Positions 1 to 12,542 of a DNA stretch of 64,000 nucleotides are shown one piece after another. The notes beneath the pieces were generated by a model. That model was given only the letters and a program-made list of their open reading frames with translations, was not told the DNA's origin and ran no database searches. Origin of the DNA: Monocercomonoides exilis PA203 (Eukaryota > Protista > Preaxostyla); NCBI GenBank assembly GCA_001643675.2, contig LSRY02000062.1, positions 310,001 through 374,000 on the forward strand. The letters run 5' to 3'. A program made the translations under genes and the position numbers. Each line of letters begins with the position of its first letter. Within the stretch, counting starts at the first letter, position 1.

Positions 1-553
1 TTTTGTAATGATTTACAAAATAACAAAAACCATTCGATTCTTCAATGGCATTTTTAGATTTCTGCACGCCGAGACGAAATTGTTCTTGATCGGGTCTTAT
101 GATCATTCCTCTGTGATACTGAACCATAGCGTATTCAAAGTCACCGGCAGCAAATAAAACATCTGCCTTTTGTTGTAATGCCTGCAAAATAAAAATCAAA
201 AAATAACTCCACCAAATGCATAAATTTTTAGTTAAACTCTGTATGAAGAAGCATTATTTTCGAGAACTTTGTCAACATCTTGAAGTGCTTCTTCGAGTTT
301 TTCAAGTTTTTCGTAAGCCTTTGATCTTAACAGCAAAAGTTCTTCATCCACAGGCTTGACTTGAAGAGCCTATGTATAAAGAGTTGTGTGAAATATGAAT
401 CACCTTGAAAATTCACACTTTTGTCGCGTATTCAATGCACTTTTGATATTGGCCATTCTTAAAATGAACTTTGGCTGTGTTAGCGTCTACAGCACACGCT
501 TGAAGTTGCTTTTGTGTTGGTGGCTCTGGTTCTTCATCTTCGTCTTCGTACAT
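1..553 (-). CDS. TTC25: TPR protein, outer dynein arm docking complex subunit 4 (TTC25/ODAD4); 3' end runs off the window
   Basis: Spliced translation from ATG 553: MYEDEDEEPEPPTQKQLQ...YQKCIEYATK|ALQVKPVDEELLLLRSKAYEKL...|ALQQKADVLFAAGDFEYAMVQYHRGMIIRPDQEQFRLGVQKSKNAIEESN. The GDFE-A-V-YHRG---RPD--FR-G-QK motif is characteristic of TTC25. GT-AG introns. Confidence 0.85.
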
Positions 554-655
554 GTTTTTAACAGATATTTTTAAACCGTTCTTTGAAATATGACCTTAAT
601 TGCTTAAGATTGTTTATAAAAGTATGGAGCTCAAGATCTGTAAAAATTTTCAGGG

Positions 656-2173
656 ATGGATATTGCTGAACTCGATAGATGGATTGAACAACTGTCAAAC
701 TCAAAACTTCTTTCAGAAGCAGAAGTGGAAAAGTTGGTGCAAAAAGTTTGTGCTTCTTCGTTCTTTGCTCATTAGTCACGATTTTTTTTATGGAATGATT
801 ATGAAAAATGAAATAATTTAATTGTTAAAATGAAAGGCAACCGAAATCATTTCATCTGAGCCAAACGTCGTTTCAGTTCCAGCTCCATGCACGATTGTTG
901 GAGACATCCATGGGCAATTCCATGATCTTCTGGAAATGTTCAAGATAGGAGGACAAAGCCCCGATATCAACTATGTATTCCTTGGTGATTACGTTGATAG
1001 AGGGTATTACAGTGTTGAAACTGTTTCGCTTCTTGTATGCTTAAAAGTACGTTATCCACAAAGGGTAACATTACTTCGCGGGAATCATGAAAGTCGCCAG
1101 ATCACCCAAGTGTATGAATGATTAATAGATTTTCATATGAAAATAAATGCATGTTTTACGTTTGTGATGTTAGTTATGGATTTTATGATGAGTGCACAAA
1201 GAAATATGGAAGTGCATCTGTTTGGACGAGTTTCACTAATCTATTTGATTACATTCCACTTGGCGCTATTATTCAACGTGAAGTTTGATTATTATTGTTA
1301 TTATTTTAATGTAATCAATTTTTCTGTTTCACAAACAGATATTATGCATTCATGGTGGCCTGTCTCCAATTATCGAAACAGTTGATGATATCAGAAAACT
1401 TGATCGCGTCCAAGAAATTCCACATGAAGGTGCAATGGTTTGATACGCACCTATGATGATATTTCATTTATTGTTTATGTATATGTCATTTTTGAATCGA
1501 CAATCAGGCTGATCTTCTCTGGAGTGATCCCGAAGAAAGATCTGGATTTGGAACAAGGTGTATATTTCATCTATTTCATTATGAAATAAATTAACCCTTT
1601 TAAATTTTAATGAAACATATTTAAATTTTTAAATTATAGTCCTCGTGGAGCAGGATGGACGTTTGGAGGGGACATGTCACAACGTTTCAACACAACAAAC
1701 AGACTGTCTCTGATTGTGAGGGCTCATCAGCTTGTGATGGATGGCTTCAACAGAGTTCATGGAGGCTCTGTTGTGACTCTCTTCTCAGCACCCAACTATT
1801 GCAGCCGCTGCGGCAATCAGGGAGCTGTGATGGAGTTAGACGATACACTCGAAAAACTGATGTTTGAAATTGTTCATTTTTGCTTGATAAATAAAGAAAC
1901 GTTGTTTTGTTGCTTGACATTTAAATGTTGATAAATGCAATCCTTCACAAACAATGATAATTCTTCTCTTATGATTTTTGATATTCTATTCAATCAAACA
2001 GAAAGCAGTTTGATCCAGCACCACGCCGTGGTGAACCTCATATCACCAGACGTCCTCCTCAATTTTTGACAGAAAGCGATGCTGTTCCAGAATTTGACAT
2101 GTTCGGACGATCAACTCAGGCTATTACTCAGATGGCAACTGGTGGAGAAGGTGGAAGCGACAGTGGAATGTAA
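656..2173 (+). CDS. PPP2C: Ser/Thr protein phosphatase PP2A-type catalytic subunit (7 exons) with non-canonical C-terminal extension
   Basis: Motifs [60 protein letters not shown] assembled across 6 GT-AG introns. ATG 656, TAA 2171-2173. Confidence 0.93.
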
Positions 2174-2592
2174 TGGATAAAAATCAGTAGTTATTCTGAT
2201 TTACTGAATAAGCTGATTTTTTGGAACATGAAATGTCGAAGATTGGATTTTTAATTCCTTTCAATTTTTAATTTATATTTAGATAATTTGTATTTTCTTT
2301 CTAATGACAGTTACTTAATTTTTTACAATTTATTTGATTTTTTTCTTCTTTCAAAAGAAGAGATTTGAAAATATCTTGTCTTCAATTTCAAATTTGGAAA
2401 GATCCTATTTTTTTTTATAAAAAATATTTTGATGTTTGAAAAATAGAACTAAAACCACATTAACAACAAAATTCAGAAGTGAATAACTTTTTTATAATTG
2501 CAATTTATTATTGTTTTTGAAATCTTAAGTGGATATCTAGAAATATTCAAAATTCCTAACCCTTCATCTGTGTTTCTTTTTCACGGATCATT

Positions 2593-5500
2593 ATGAAGGG
2601 AGCCGGAGCCAAAAGGTTAAGGGGTATATTCCACATATTTTTCATATATTGTTCATGTTTAATTTTGCTTCATATAACTTCGAAGATTCTGAGTTTAAGC
2701 AAGGCTCCATTCTGGAAATTAGATTACAAAATTTTATGTGTCATGCGGATTTCCGGTGTGTGTTTGGCCCCAAAGTAAATGTTATTAGTGGAGAAAACGG
2801 AGGTGCGAACAAAATTTTGTTTCTGAAATGTGCAAAAATTCCTCATTTTATCAAAATTTTCATTTTTTAGCTGGAAAGAGTGCAATTGCTGTCGCTTTGT
2901 CAGTAGTCTTTGGAGTGCGCGCTGCCGCAACAACAAGAGGATCTCATGTGAATAATCTCGTTCAGGAAGGAAAAAGGTTTGATTTGGAAATTAGGTGGTC
3001 ATTTTAATGTTCAATTTTTTTTTGACATTTTTTATTATTTTAAGATTTTCTGAGATCCAAGTAACATTATGCAATGTTGGAAGAAATCCATTCAAACCCG
3101 AAATAGCAGGAAAACGTGTCGTTCTTGTTCGACGCATTGCAAGATCTGGCGCTTCAACATATAAAGTTGTTGGAGAAAATGGTGTGACAGGTCAATCGCT
3201 TTTAGAAATAATATTATTTGTTTTATCAGGCAACGTTATTGGTGCTTCAAAGAAAGATTTGGATGGAGTCCTCCTTCACTTTGGAATACAAGCAGATTCT
3301 CCTTGTCAAATCATGCATCAAGAGGAAATGAAAGCATTTTTAGCCGCACACGCTACCTCTAAGGATTTGTACCGAGTTTGCATCTAAAGTTATTATTATT
3401 CATGTTGCTAACATTATGATTTTTCATTTATTTGTCAAATAGTTTTTCATGCGCTCAACATTGATCGAGCAAATTCACGAAATTCTAATTGGATGTAAGA
3501 ATAATCTTGAGTTCACGAAAAGATCTATTGAAGCAAATAGAGGTACTTTGTTGGTTGGGCTTCAAGAAAAACTTAGAGAAGCTGAAGATGCGTTTGATTA
3601 TAATTCTAAACTGTAAGTTAATAATTATCTATTGTTCTTTAAACACAGATATAAAGCAGCTAAAAAATATAGAACATTGAAAGATTCTATTGTGAAGTAT
3701 AAAGAAAAACTAATCTGGCGAAGAGTGCAGCAAATTCGAACTGTTTGATTTCTTTATTTTTGAGTGAGAGTGAAATGCTCTGAAAACATATTGTGGCAAT
3801 AAATGTTTTGGAATTTCAACTATTTTCGATAAAATCTGAACTTCCTTTTCGCATGAAACAGAATCTCGAAAGAGGAAGGGCTGAATCCATTGAGCTTCGG
3901 CAGGTACTCGCCCAGCGCTCACTTGAAGTCGAAGATTTGGAAGTGTGCTGCATGTTATTGCCAATCTGTCGAAATAACGAATTTCTCAATATCCGATGCT
4001 TTTATCAACACGAATATTCAAAAATGAAAATTTAACCTCCGTTTTTCTTGTTTTGCTTTGCCCATCTGTGCAATCTATCATCGCCAGAGCCGTCTTGTTG
4101 AGCTGTCAGCTGAGCGAGTGAATTTGTTGGAAATTGCCCAAAAAGCAGAAACAGAGATGGAAAGCATGAGAGGCGACTGGAACCACGAAGACGAGGAAAA
4201 GAGGAAACTGATTTCTGAAAGACGGAACTGCGAAAGAGAAATAGAAAATTTGGCAAGGCAGATTGGCATCTCGAGAAGGAACATCCAAGAAAAACAGAGA
4301 GAAATAACACAAATTGGAGTGGAAGGAGAAAGAATTGAGTTTGTCCTTCATTTTCATTATACCTCTCATTTTGTCATTCATTTCATTCTCTCTTCATTTG
4401 CGTGAATGTGTATGTGATTGTCTTCTGTGATGGAATTTCTATTGATTAGGAAAAAAAGGCAAGAAGATTTTCGCCGCATGGAAATGCTGGAAGTTAAGCT
4501 GCGGAACGAGCTGAGGGAAATCGAAGCAAAACTGAGAGATTCTGCAGACAACACGCGCTTCAATGAAAGATTGGAGCAAATCAAAGAGCGAAAAAATGAA
4601 ATTGACAGAGAAATATCTGAGTACACAAAAACGCGATTGGATAATAAAAGAAAAGTTTGAGTCGTTTTATTTTATTTTATTTTATTTTTAAAACATTCCT
4701 TTTTATATGCTATTTGATTCCTATTGTCCATGTATATCTTTTCGTGTATTAATGCTATATGTGCTGAAAATAAACAAACATCATTATGAATGTTGTCATT
4801 GCCTCAACATTTTTTTCCTATTTCAGATTGAAAAGTTGTCTATGCATGCCGCCAAGAAAGAGCAGGATCCACTTGCGCTGTATCAGACTGACTTGAGGAA
4901 ATTTGTCCAGCTTCTCAAGCAGTACGAGGACAAATTCCGCGATCCGCCCCGAGGTCCAATAGGAACGTTGGTGAGGGTGAGGGATGAAAAGTGGGCGCCG
5001 GCAGTGGAGACACACATAAAAGGCGCTGTGACTGCGTTTGTGTTCACTTGCATGAATGACGAGCGAGTCTTTTCTGAATTGCGATCAAGATATTTCCCAC
5101 AGTTGAAGTTTGTGAGCCTTGCATATTTTTTGAGCTTATATATTTGCTGTTGATGATGCTGTTTAATTTTTTTTTATGTCACCTTTAATTTCTTTGGAGT
5201 TTATTTTATTTTATTTTTAAAACGCAACAAATTTTATTTATTCATTCATTGAAACATATTTTTGCAATGAATCTCACAAAACGTCCAGAACTCGTTCATT
5301 CGTGCAGAGACGGACAGTTCCATATGCTGAGTCTGATGTGTATCTTCCTCCTCCCATTTCCCTCTCTCGGCACAGACGCTCCGCAGAGCGTGTTCCTCTA
5401 CCGACGATTCTGTCACAAGTTGTGTGTGACGACCCAGTGGTGATGAATCTGCTGATCGACCAGTTCAACATCGAGCGTGTTCTGCTCACTGAGACAAGGG

Positions 5501-6411
5501 CAGAGGCGAGCGAGGTGCTGTTCGAAGGGAAGTGCGAGGGAAACCCAACGCCATTCACATTTCGCACGCTGGATGGATATCTCCTGAGGAGACTGAGAGG
5601 CGTTGAGGCGACTTTTGACGAAGAGACCACAAACAAGTTCCTGCTGAGTGTGCCGCGCGAATCAGACAGAAGAGAAAGAGAAAGTGGAAGAGGCGAAAGA
5701 AGACAAAGAGAAGATGATGATGAAGACATACAAGAAGGCACAGGAAGCAGCGACGAAGAGCTGAAAAGGAAAAAAGAGATGGCAGAGCGGGAATATCGGC
5801 AGGCTCAGCTTGAGAGCCGGCGGAGAGAAGAAGAGAAGGCAAAGCTTGTTGCAGAAGAGCAGCAGATTGTGCGGAGACTGAGTTATGCAGAGACAGCGCA
5901 GACAGAACTGAAAGGGAAGCAGATGGAAGTCAAGACAGAGCTGGAGAATGTGGAAAGGAGGAGGAAGTTGGCAGAGATCAGCGGGGACGACCTGGAAGAT
6001 GGTAGCGGCGACGGAGAATTCGACGAAAGCGGAGGGAGTGGAGATCCGATTGAGCGGATGAACAGAAAGAGGAAAGCTGGACTGGAATTGAAGGCAGCGC
6101 AGCAGAAGAAGGCGCTGGAGAGAGAGATCGAACAGGAAACGCAGTTCATTGCGCAGACGACAGAGCAGATTCAGCAGATGAAATCGGTTCGGCTGACTGA
6201 AATTTCAGTGAGGCTGGCTGAAGTGGAGAAGAAGGCACGCGAAAGAGACGAGGAAAAACAGATGTTTGCACAGAAAGTGGAAGAGAGGAAAGAGAAAGTG
6301 AACAAAGTCGAAAACGAACTCCGCAGCACCACTAAGCGCAAAATAGAGGCAATCTCAAAAAAGAAGTTTGAATCTATTGTCAATCGATGTTCATATTTGA
6401 ATTTTTTCTTT

Positions 6412-6448
<37 letters not shown>

Positions 6449-7700
6449 AACTGAATTAACTATTGCTCTTATTCAACAACTCTTTCCATTGAAATGATTA
6501 TTTGTGAATAACATCATCTCTTTCTCTCTCTCCTTTCTCTTTCTCTTTCTCCTTTGTCCCAACAGAATGGCAATTGACCGACTCCGTGGGTGTGAAGAGA
6601 ATGTGAATCAGATTGAGGCAGACTTGGCGTCGAAGACAGTCAAAGCAGAGCAGTCGTCGAGAGAGCCAGGACCGATCAAAGAGAGCGAAGGAGAGCTGCA
6701 GGCAGAGCTGGCGAAGTATGAGGAGATGAAGAAGAAAGGAGGGAAGAGGACGGTTCAGCAGCGGGGAGAAGGTGGGCGGATGGTGGATGTGGAGGTGGCA
6801 GTGCTGGAGGTGGAGGAGGCTGAGGTGCTGGTGCGCAAGGCAGAAAGGAGTCTGAAGAAGACAGGGGAGATGATTGAACGCCTGACCAACATTCAGACGC
6901 TGCTGAGCGATGCCCTGAGGGACAGGCTGGTGCATTGGGAGCAGCTGAGAGAGAGGCTGCTGCAGAAGTTCCAGGTGCTGTTTGCGAAGGAGCTGTCACA
7001 CAGGGGAATGGATGGCACAGTCACATGGAACATCAAAGAAGAGACACTCTCTCTTAAATTCAACACTTCCTCTTCTCCTTCTGCTGCTCCTTCTCCAATT
7101 GAAGATGACAATTCAGCCACTTCACATTCTGCACTTCACTCTTCCACTTCACCTTCTCCATCATTATCTCCATCACCTTCTCCCTCTCCCTCTCCTTCAG
7201 AACTCTTCACTCACCCTCGTTTCAGAATGACACAGCACGGTTCAGTTGCAAGTGCTGACCCATCGTCTTCTTCTCAGGTCCTCTCTCAATCATCTTCTGA
7301 TTCCTCCTCTTCGCGCAGAGGAGGGGCGCGCTATGTTCGTTCTCTTTCGGGTGGCGAACGGTCGTATTCGACGTTGTGCTTCCTTCTCTCTTTGTGGAAG
7401 CTGAGTGAGCATCCATTTCGATTGGTGGATGAGTTCGATGTGTTCTGCGACGAAGTGACTAGAAAATTGAGTGCAGAGCTGCTCGTTCGGTACGCACTGC
7501 AGACGCAGTCTCAGCTTCTGCTTATCACTCCGCTGAATCGCAGTGCTTTTTCAGGCAATTTCAGAAAGAAGCATTTAATTACAGACAATGACTCGAACAC
7601 AAGAGACAATGACGAGAATGAAGAAGAACAGGAAGCAGATGAAAATGATGTTAACATTATCGTAATCAAGAGAACAGACAAAAGGAGGCCGCCTTCTTGA
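2593..7700 (+). CDS. SMC6: Structural maintenance of chromosomes protein 6 (multi-exon)
   Basis: N-terminal LQNFMCH...VISGENGAGKSAIAVAL...AAATTRGS (Walker A), coiled coils, hinge PPRGPIG...WAPAVE, C-terminal LSGGERSYSTLCFLLSLW...PFRLVDEFDVFCD (signature plus Walker B) of SMC6 type. Confidence 0.92.
6413..6446 (+). repeat. poly(T) tract within an SMC6 intron
   Basis: Directly visible run of about 33 T. Confidence 0.9.
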
Positions 7701-7989
7701 ATTATTTATTTCCTTTATGTTCGTTTGTGTATTTGTAAATTATATTCAACATGCAAACAAGAAATAAAAACAAAAATGTATTTTTTTGAAATGTTAAGTT
7801 CTTTTTTTTTAAATCGAAAAGTTAGAATTAATTGAAATATTCATCTCAAAGAAATGCGCATTGATTTGTTTTGCAAAAATGCTGTTTTATTTTGCGAAAA
7901 CAAGACTCTTATAAAGATAATAAATTATGTTGGTTTTGCCCATACTAGAGTTTATTACTCAATTTTCGTTGTTTCTTCCATTTTTCTTG

Positions 7990-10900
7990 ATGTTCTTTGT
8001 TTTGTTATTGATTACTTTAGGTTCTGCTAGTGGCCCACAAAGTTTGCTCATGTTAATTTGAAGTAAATTGAGAAATTTTCAATTTTTAATAAAGTTTATC
8101 GAAAACCAACAGGAATTGAGAAGTTTTCAGTTCCATTGTCAAAATGGTGGCATACAACTTTTCGTGTTAAAGGTTCATCAAAAGATGATCCTCAACCAAA
8201 TCTATACACATTGCTAACAAATTTTACAATGAAAGATGGAAAGTGGGATATTGCTCCATTGACTTCGATAAAATTTGAAGATATAAAGCAATACTCAATG
8301 GTATTTAGAATTGAATGTAAATAAAAGTTTTCATTAATTACACTTTTAATTTATAATTTTTTTTGCAAAGGATATTGGAATTCAATCATTGCCATTTGTT
8401 GTTTTGTGGCTTCTTTTAATTCTTTGGTTCATTGTTTGGCTTATACTGCAATGTGTCCAATGTTGCGTGTGTAAATCTGATGACCCAATTTGTAAATGCT
8501 GCTGGGAAGACCAACCAAAGCCGTGTTGGGCAAAAACAACAAAAGTTATTTATGCAATTTTGGCTTTCTTATTTCTGTATGAACCCTATTTTTTTATCAA
8601 TGACGCTTGTCTTTATTTTTATTATTTTTGAATAATACTTATATTTTTTTCAACATGCAATTAATCTTAATTTTAGAGCTGCCACCGTTCTCATTACATT
8701 TGGAGCTGGAAAATTGAGTGCATCATACAATCATCATGTTTCTATTTGTAATGATTACGAAAAAAATGTCGCACAAGTACTTGACACTATTCGAACAGCA
8801 AAGGATGGTATGTCATAACTGAAAATTTTCACAGTTATCCTATTTATATGAAAATTGTTTTATGCTTTTGTTTTATGATATTTAATAATAGTTTCAAAAC
8901 CAATATTTGATTTAATTCCAAGCACGCTTGATATCATTTCAAAAAGTGATCTTTTTGGCCAAGTCGAATCTGTGCACAAAACATTTCAAAATTATTTGGA
9001 TGAATTTGATCAGTTATGCGAGTTCCAATAAATGTGAATTTTTGGATTATTTTATTTGCTTTGTTTTATTAAAAGTGATTCTTTTTAACTTAATGTTTAT
9101 TTCTGCATGTTTCATTATTATTAATGTTGTTGTTATTGAAATTTAGAAATTACAAAAAGATCAGCGAGCATGTAACTGAAAAAGAGCTGAACAACTACAT
9201 TCTCCATGATGATATCAACGAAGATGCTGCTGCATTGAATAAGATTAAATTAAAGGTTTGCCGCTTTCAAACGAAATTAATTTGTGTCTGGTTTTTTTGA
9301 TGAATAATTTTTGGATTCCAATTGAAAATTATTTATTTAATGTTTATTTTGTGATGATCATTTTTTATTTTTTGTTATATTGAATGATTATGTGTTTGCT
9401 ATTTGAATATAAATCGTGATTTCAATTTATGATTGTCCAGTGCACCTATGATCCTGCTGATGACGATCCTGAGCCGAACTGTGTTGTTTCAGAAGGTGAC
9501 ATTCCTGAAGGATATCTCGACTCTTACAACCACTTCCACAACGAAATCCTCAGAATTGGCACTGAAAATAAGACATTTACTGAAACTTATGAAGCAGTTC
9601 ACTCATTCACTGAAACACTCAATGCCACAACTGTTTCTGTGAGAAATGAGTTTAATTCGCTTGTTGACAAGATTAACAGTCTGTACTCTATTTTGAACAC
9701 TTGTTATGTGATAATGATTTATGTTGCTATTTGAAATGATTTTTGTTTCTCATCATTTTTTTTTCAGAGTTTTCAAACGACAATGTCAAAATGCCTGACA
9801 ACATCAAGAATTCAGCATTTGTGTTGAACACACTTTTTGATGACGCATCCTCAGAAAAGAAGCTGCGCACTGAAGACATGAACGAAGTGTGCAAGGTTGT
9901 TGACACGACAGAAGCGAACAGAGGGTCGATATTCAAATATTCACTTCTGCTTGAAAACAAGTTGCGCTGTGCAAAAGTGATTCCAAAGAATAATTATGTT
10001 GATGATGATGAGAAGAGCTACTGTAAAGAGATGTGGAGGACGATGTTCAAACACATTTGGATTGAGAAAGACAATTCAGCGTCTTCTCTTTCAAATGGAC
10101 AGAAGATGAGTGCTGTGTCAGCAGATGCAGCAAATGCCAATGATCTGTCGACAATCATCATCAAAGTGATTGACGATGAACACGATCCAGTCAGCTTTGC
10201 TTCGATTTTTGCTTCGCAAAGAGCGATGAAAGATGAATTCACACGCAACCACCAAAACAATGTGGGAAGAGGGTCTGATGTGTTGGATGCAGCCAAAACA
10301 CAGCTGCAGGAGATGAGGAAGAAGGATTTTGAGGACGAGTTCAAAAAAGTGCTTGATGGGAAGAAATGGATTGAAGAAAATGTGATTGCAAAGATTGATG
10401 AGCTGAGGAAGTCGATCGATGTTGAGGCGAAAGAGAAGATGGATGAAGCGCTTGAGACAATCGACAAAGTGCAAGATTATGCAACACGATACACGAAATG
10501 GCTGAAAGAAAATCATAAGCTTGTGCAGCCTGGATTCACAGGCATTATTGCCTGTGGTGCTCTGCTCATATTGATAATTCTGCTGCAACTTGTCTTGTTG
10601 TTCCCTTGGTGTCCGAAGAAATGCAGATGCGGATGCAGCTCGCGCTGTCTTGCTGTTCAGATAATAATCGAGTTTATCAGCTTCATCATTCTGTTTATGA
10701 TTCCATTGGCACTGTCTGTTGCATGTCTTGCATTGGATCAGGCAACCACGTTTCTGTATGACGAAGGAGCTGTCAGATATTTCACTCACCCGTTGTTTGT
10801 TGATTATCTTCAGAAAGAGTTTGACAAGTTGACAAACGAGGATGAACCAAGCCTCGGCCTTTCTTTAAGTGCTGGTCTTGTTTCAATGCTTGCTCAATCA

Positions 10901-11647
10901 TCACATTCATACAATGCATCAGCATTTGCATCTACATCTTCATTTCTTCCTGTTTCCACTGACTATTCTCAATTAGCCAGTAATGATCTTCTCACTTCTT
11001 TCGCTCAGCCATACAAACCATCAGACTTCTTCAAGTTTAATCGAGATTTCTACGTCGAAGTTGTCTCTGCATATCTCCGTGGAGAAACCTCTGCTAATGA
11101 GCGTGTTGGAAAAGCTCTGGATACACTTTTAACGAAAGTGGAGAATGTGCTGAATGATCTGACATCCGAAGACGCAGAGAAGAATCCGTTTCTTTCACGG
11201 GGCATCACACTCGGTTTAGCCATCCAGCAAGAAGTGGCTAATGCTGTTGTGCAGACAACGCTGATGATTGAGGCGATGCGGCCAGTTGTGAAGGATGTGA
11301 CATCGTCCAATCAGTTTGACTCGATTGTGTTTCTGCTCACAGACGATCCTGTTCTACATGCGCCGTCTGCACTGTGGGTGATATTTGTGGCTGGGCTGGC
11401 AGCGTTGCTGATAGTCTTTCCTATGTTGTTGTGTCTGATGTGCGGAAGAACTTACTGGCAGCGCTATGAGATGAGCATCGACTATGACGGAGGAAAAGTG
11501 TTCCGGTGTGTCGGCATCAATGATGACACTGAGTATGGCGGTGGATACTCAAGAAGGTCAGGGTCAAAGATGGAAGGCACAATTCCATTGCTGAGCAAAG
11601 AGCAAGCTGCTTCATACAGAGATCCATATCCAGTTATCTACTCATAA
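7990..11647 (+). CDS. Pentaspan membrane protein with prominin/tweety-like topology
   Basis: Signal peptide MFFVLLLITLGSA (alternative ATG 7927). TM1 followed by Cys-rich CVQCCVC...CKCCW, TM2, large helical loop, TM3 followed by Cys-rich CPKKCRCGCSSRC, TM4, second large loop, TM5, cytoplasmic tail. Long final exon ends at 11647. The family call rests on topology only. Confidence 0.6.
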
Positions 11648-12542
11648 ATCTTTTGTCTTTTTTTATTATTTTTCTCAATTTATAGTTCGCCTCTTTTAAA
11701 GGTCTTTTCCCCTTTAACGTTGTTTTTTTCCCGACATGCTGTAAATTGATCGTTTGTGTTGGCTTGTTTTTTTGCAAAATGCAATTTTCATATTGCTGAT
11801 ATAGTTTGTATTTAGAGTTTTCTATCACATTTTTTGTCATAGTCAATTTGTATTTGGGTCTTCTTTGAATTCATCCACAATAAGTTTTTTATTCACTAGA
11901 GTGTTTGCTTCATTTTTTATTTTCTCGAGTTGTCCACTGCTAATCTTACCTTTTCTCTTTGTATCATTTGATGTTTATTTTTCTCAGTAGTTGTTGATCT
12001 TCCTCTCTGAAATCTTTTCATTATTCTTTTGTTTGAATCCCTTAAACTCATTTTTGCTCCATACATTCGTTATTCTCGATAAATCCGCAATTGCGCGCTG
12101 CATCTTCAAAAGTTGAACTTTTTCTCATTGTCATAAATTGCATTTATCTTGAGGATTGAAATTGTCCGTTATTTTATTTTATGTTTTTGTATTGTTATTT
12201 AATTGCATAAAAATATTTTTTTCGATTGAGAATTTTTAAAAAAGACTGTCATGTACCGATGAAGATTTTTTATTTTTTTATTTTTATTTTATTTTATTGA
12301 AGACGGATTTGAGAACTGAAAACCGTTGTTTTTCACAGCAATGCTTCGTTTCAATTACGATAATTTCAAATTGTTGTTAACGTGTTAAATACAAGAATAT
12401 TCTCGCCAGAATTAATTAATTATGTGATATAAATTTTTGAATATAATAAACATATTGTAACGATTATGAACTATTCAGAGTGATAATTGAACTTTTTGAA
12501 ATAATCAAGATTATATCTGTAAAGGGCATAAAGATCATAAAC

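Noticed and set aside
5274-7416. Numerous antisense and alternate-frame ORFs over SMC6 (also over importin-alpha, the kelch gene and CFAP410)
   Set aside because: Shadows of GC-rich, low-complexity coding exons.
656-7700. Non-canonical or U12-type introns
   Set aside because: All introns I traced in PP2A, the 5' part of SMC6, PRL, CFAP410 and CDK resolve as GT-AG and keep the frame.
11650-12480. Possible small minus-strand gene in the intergenic region
   Set aside because: I could not assemble a consistent spliced frame or find a recognisable motif.
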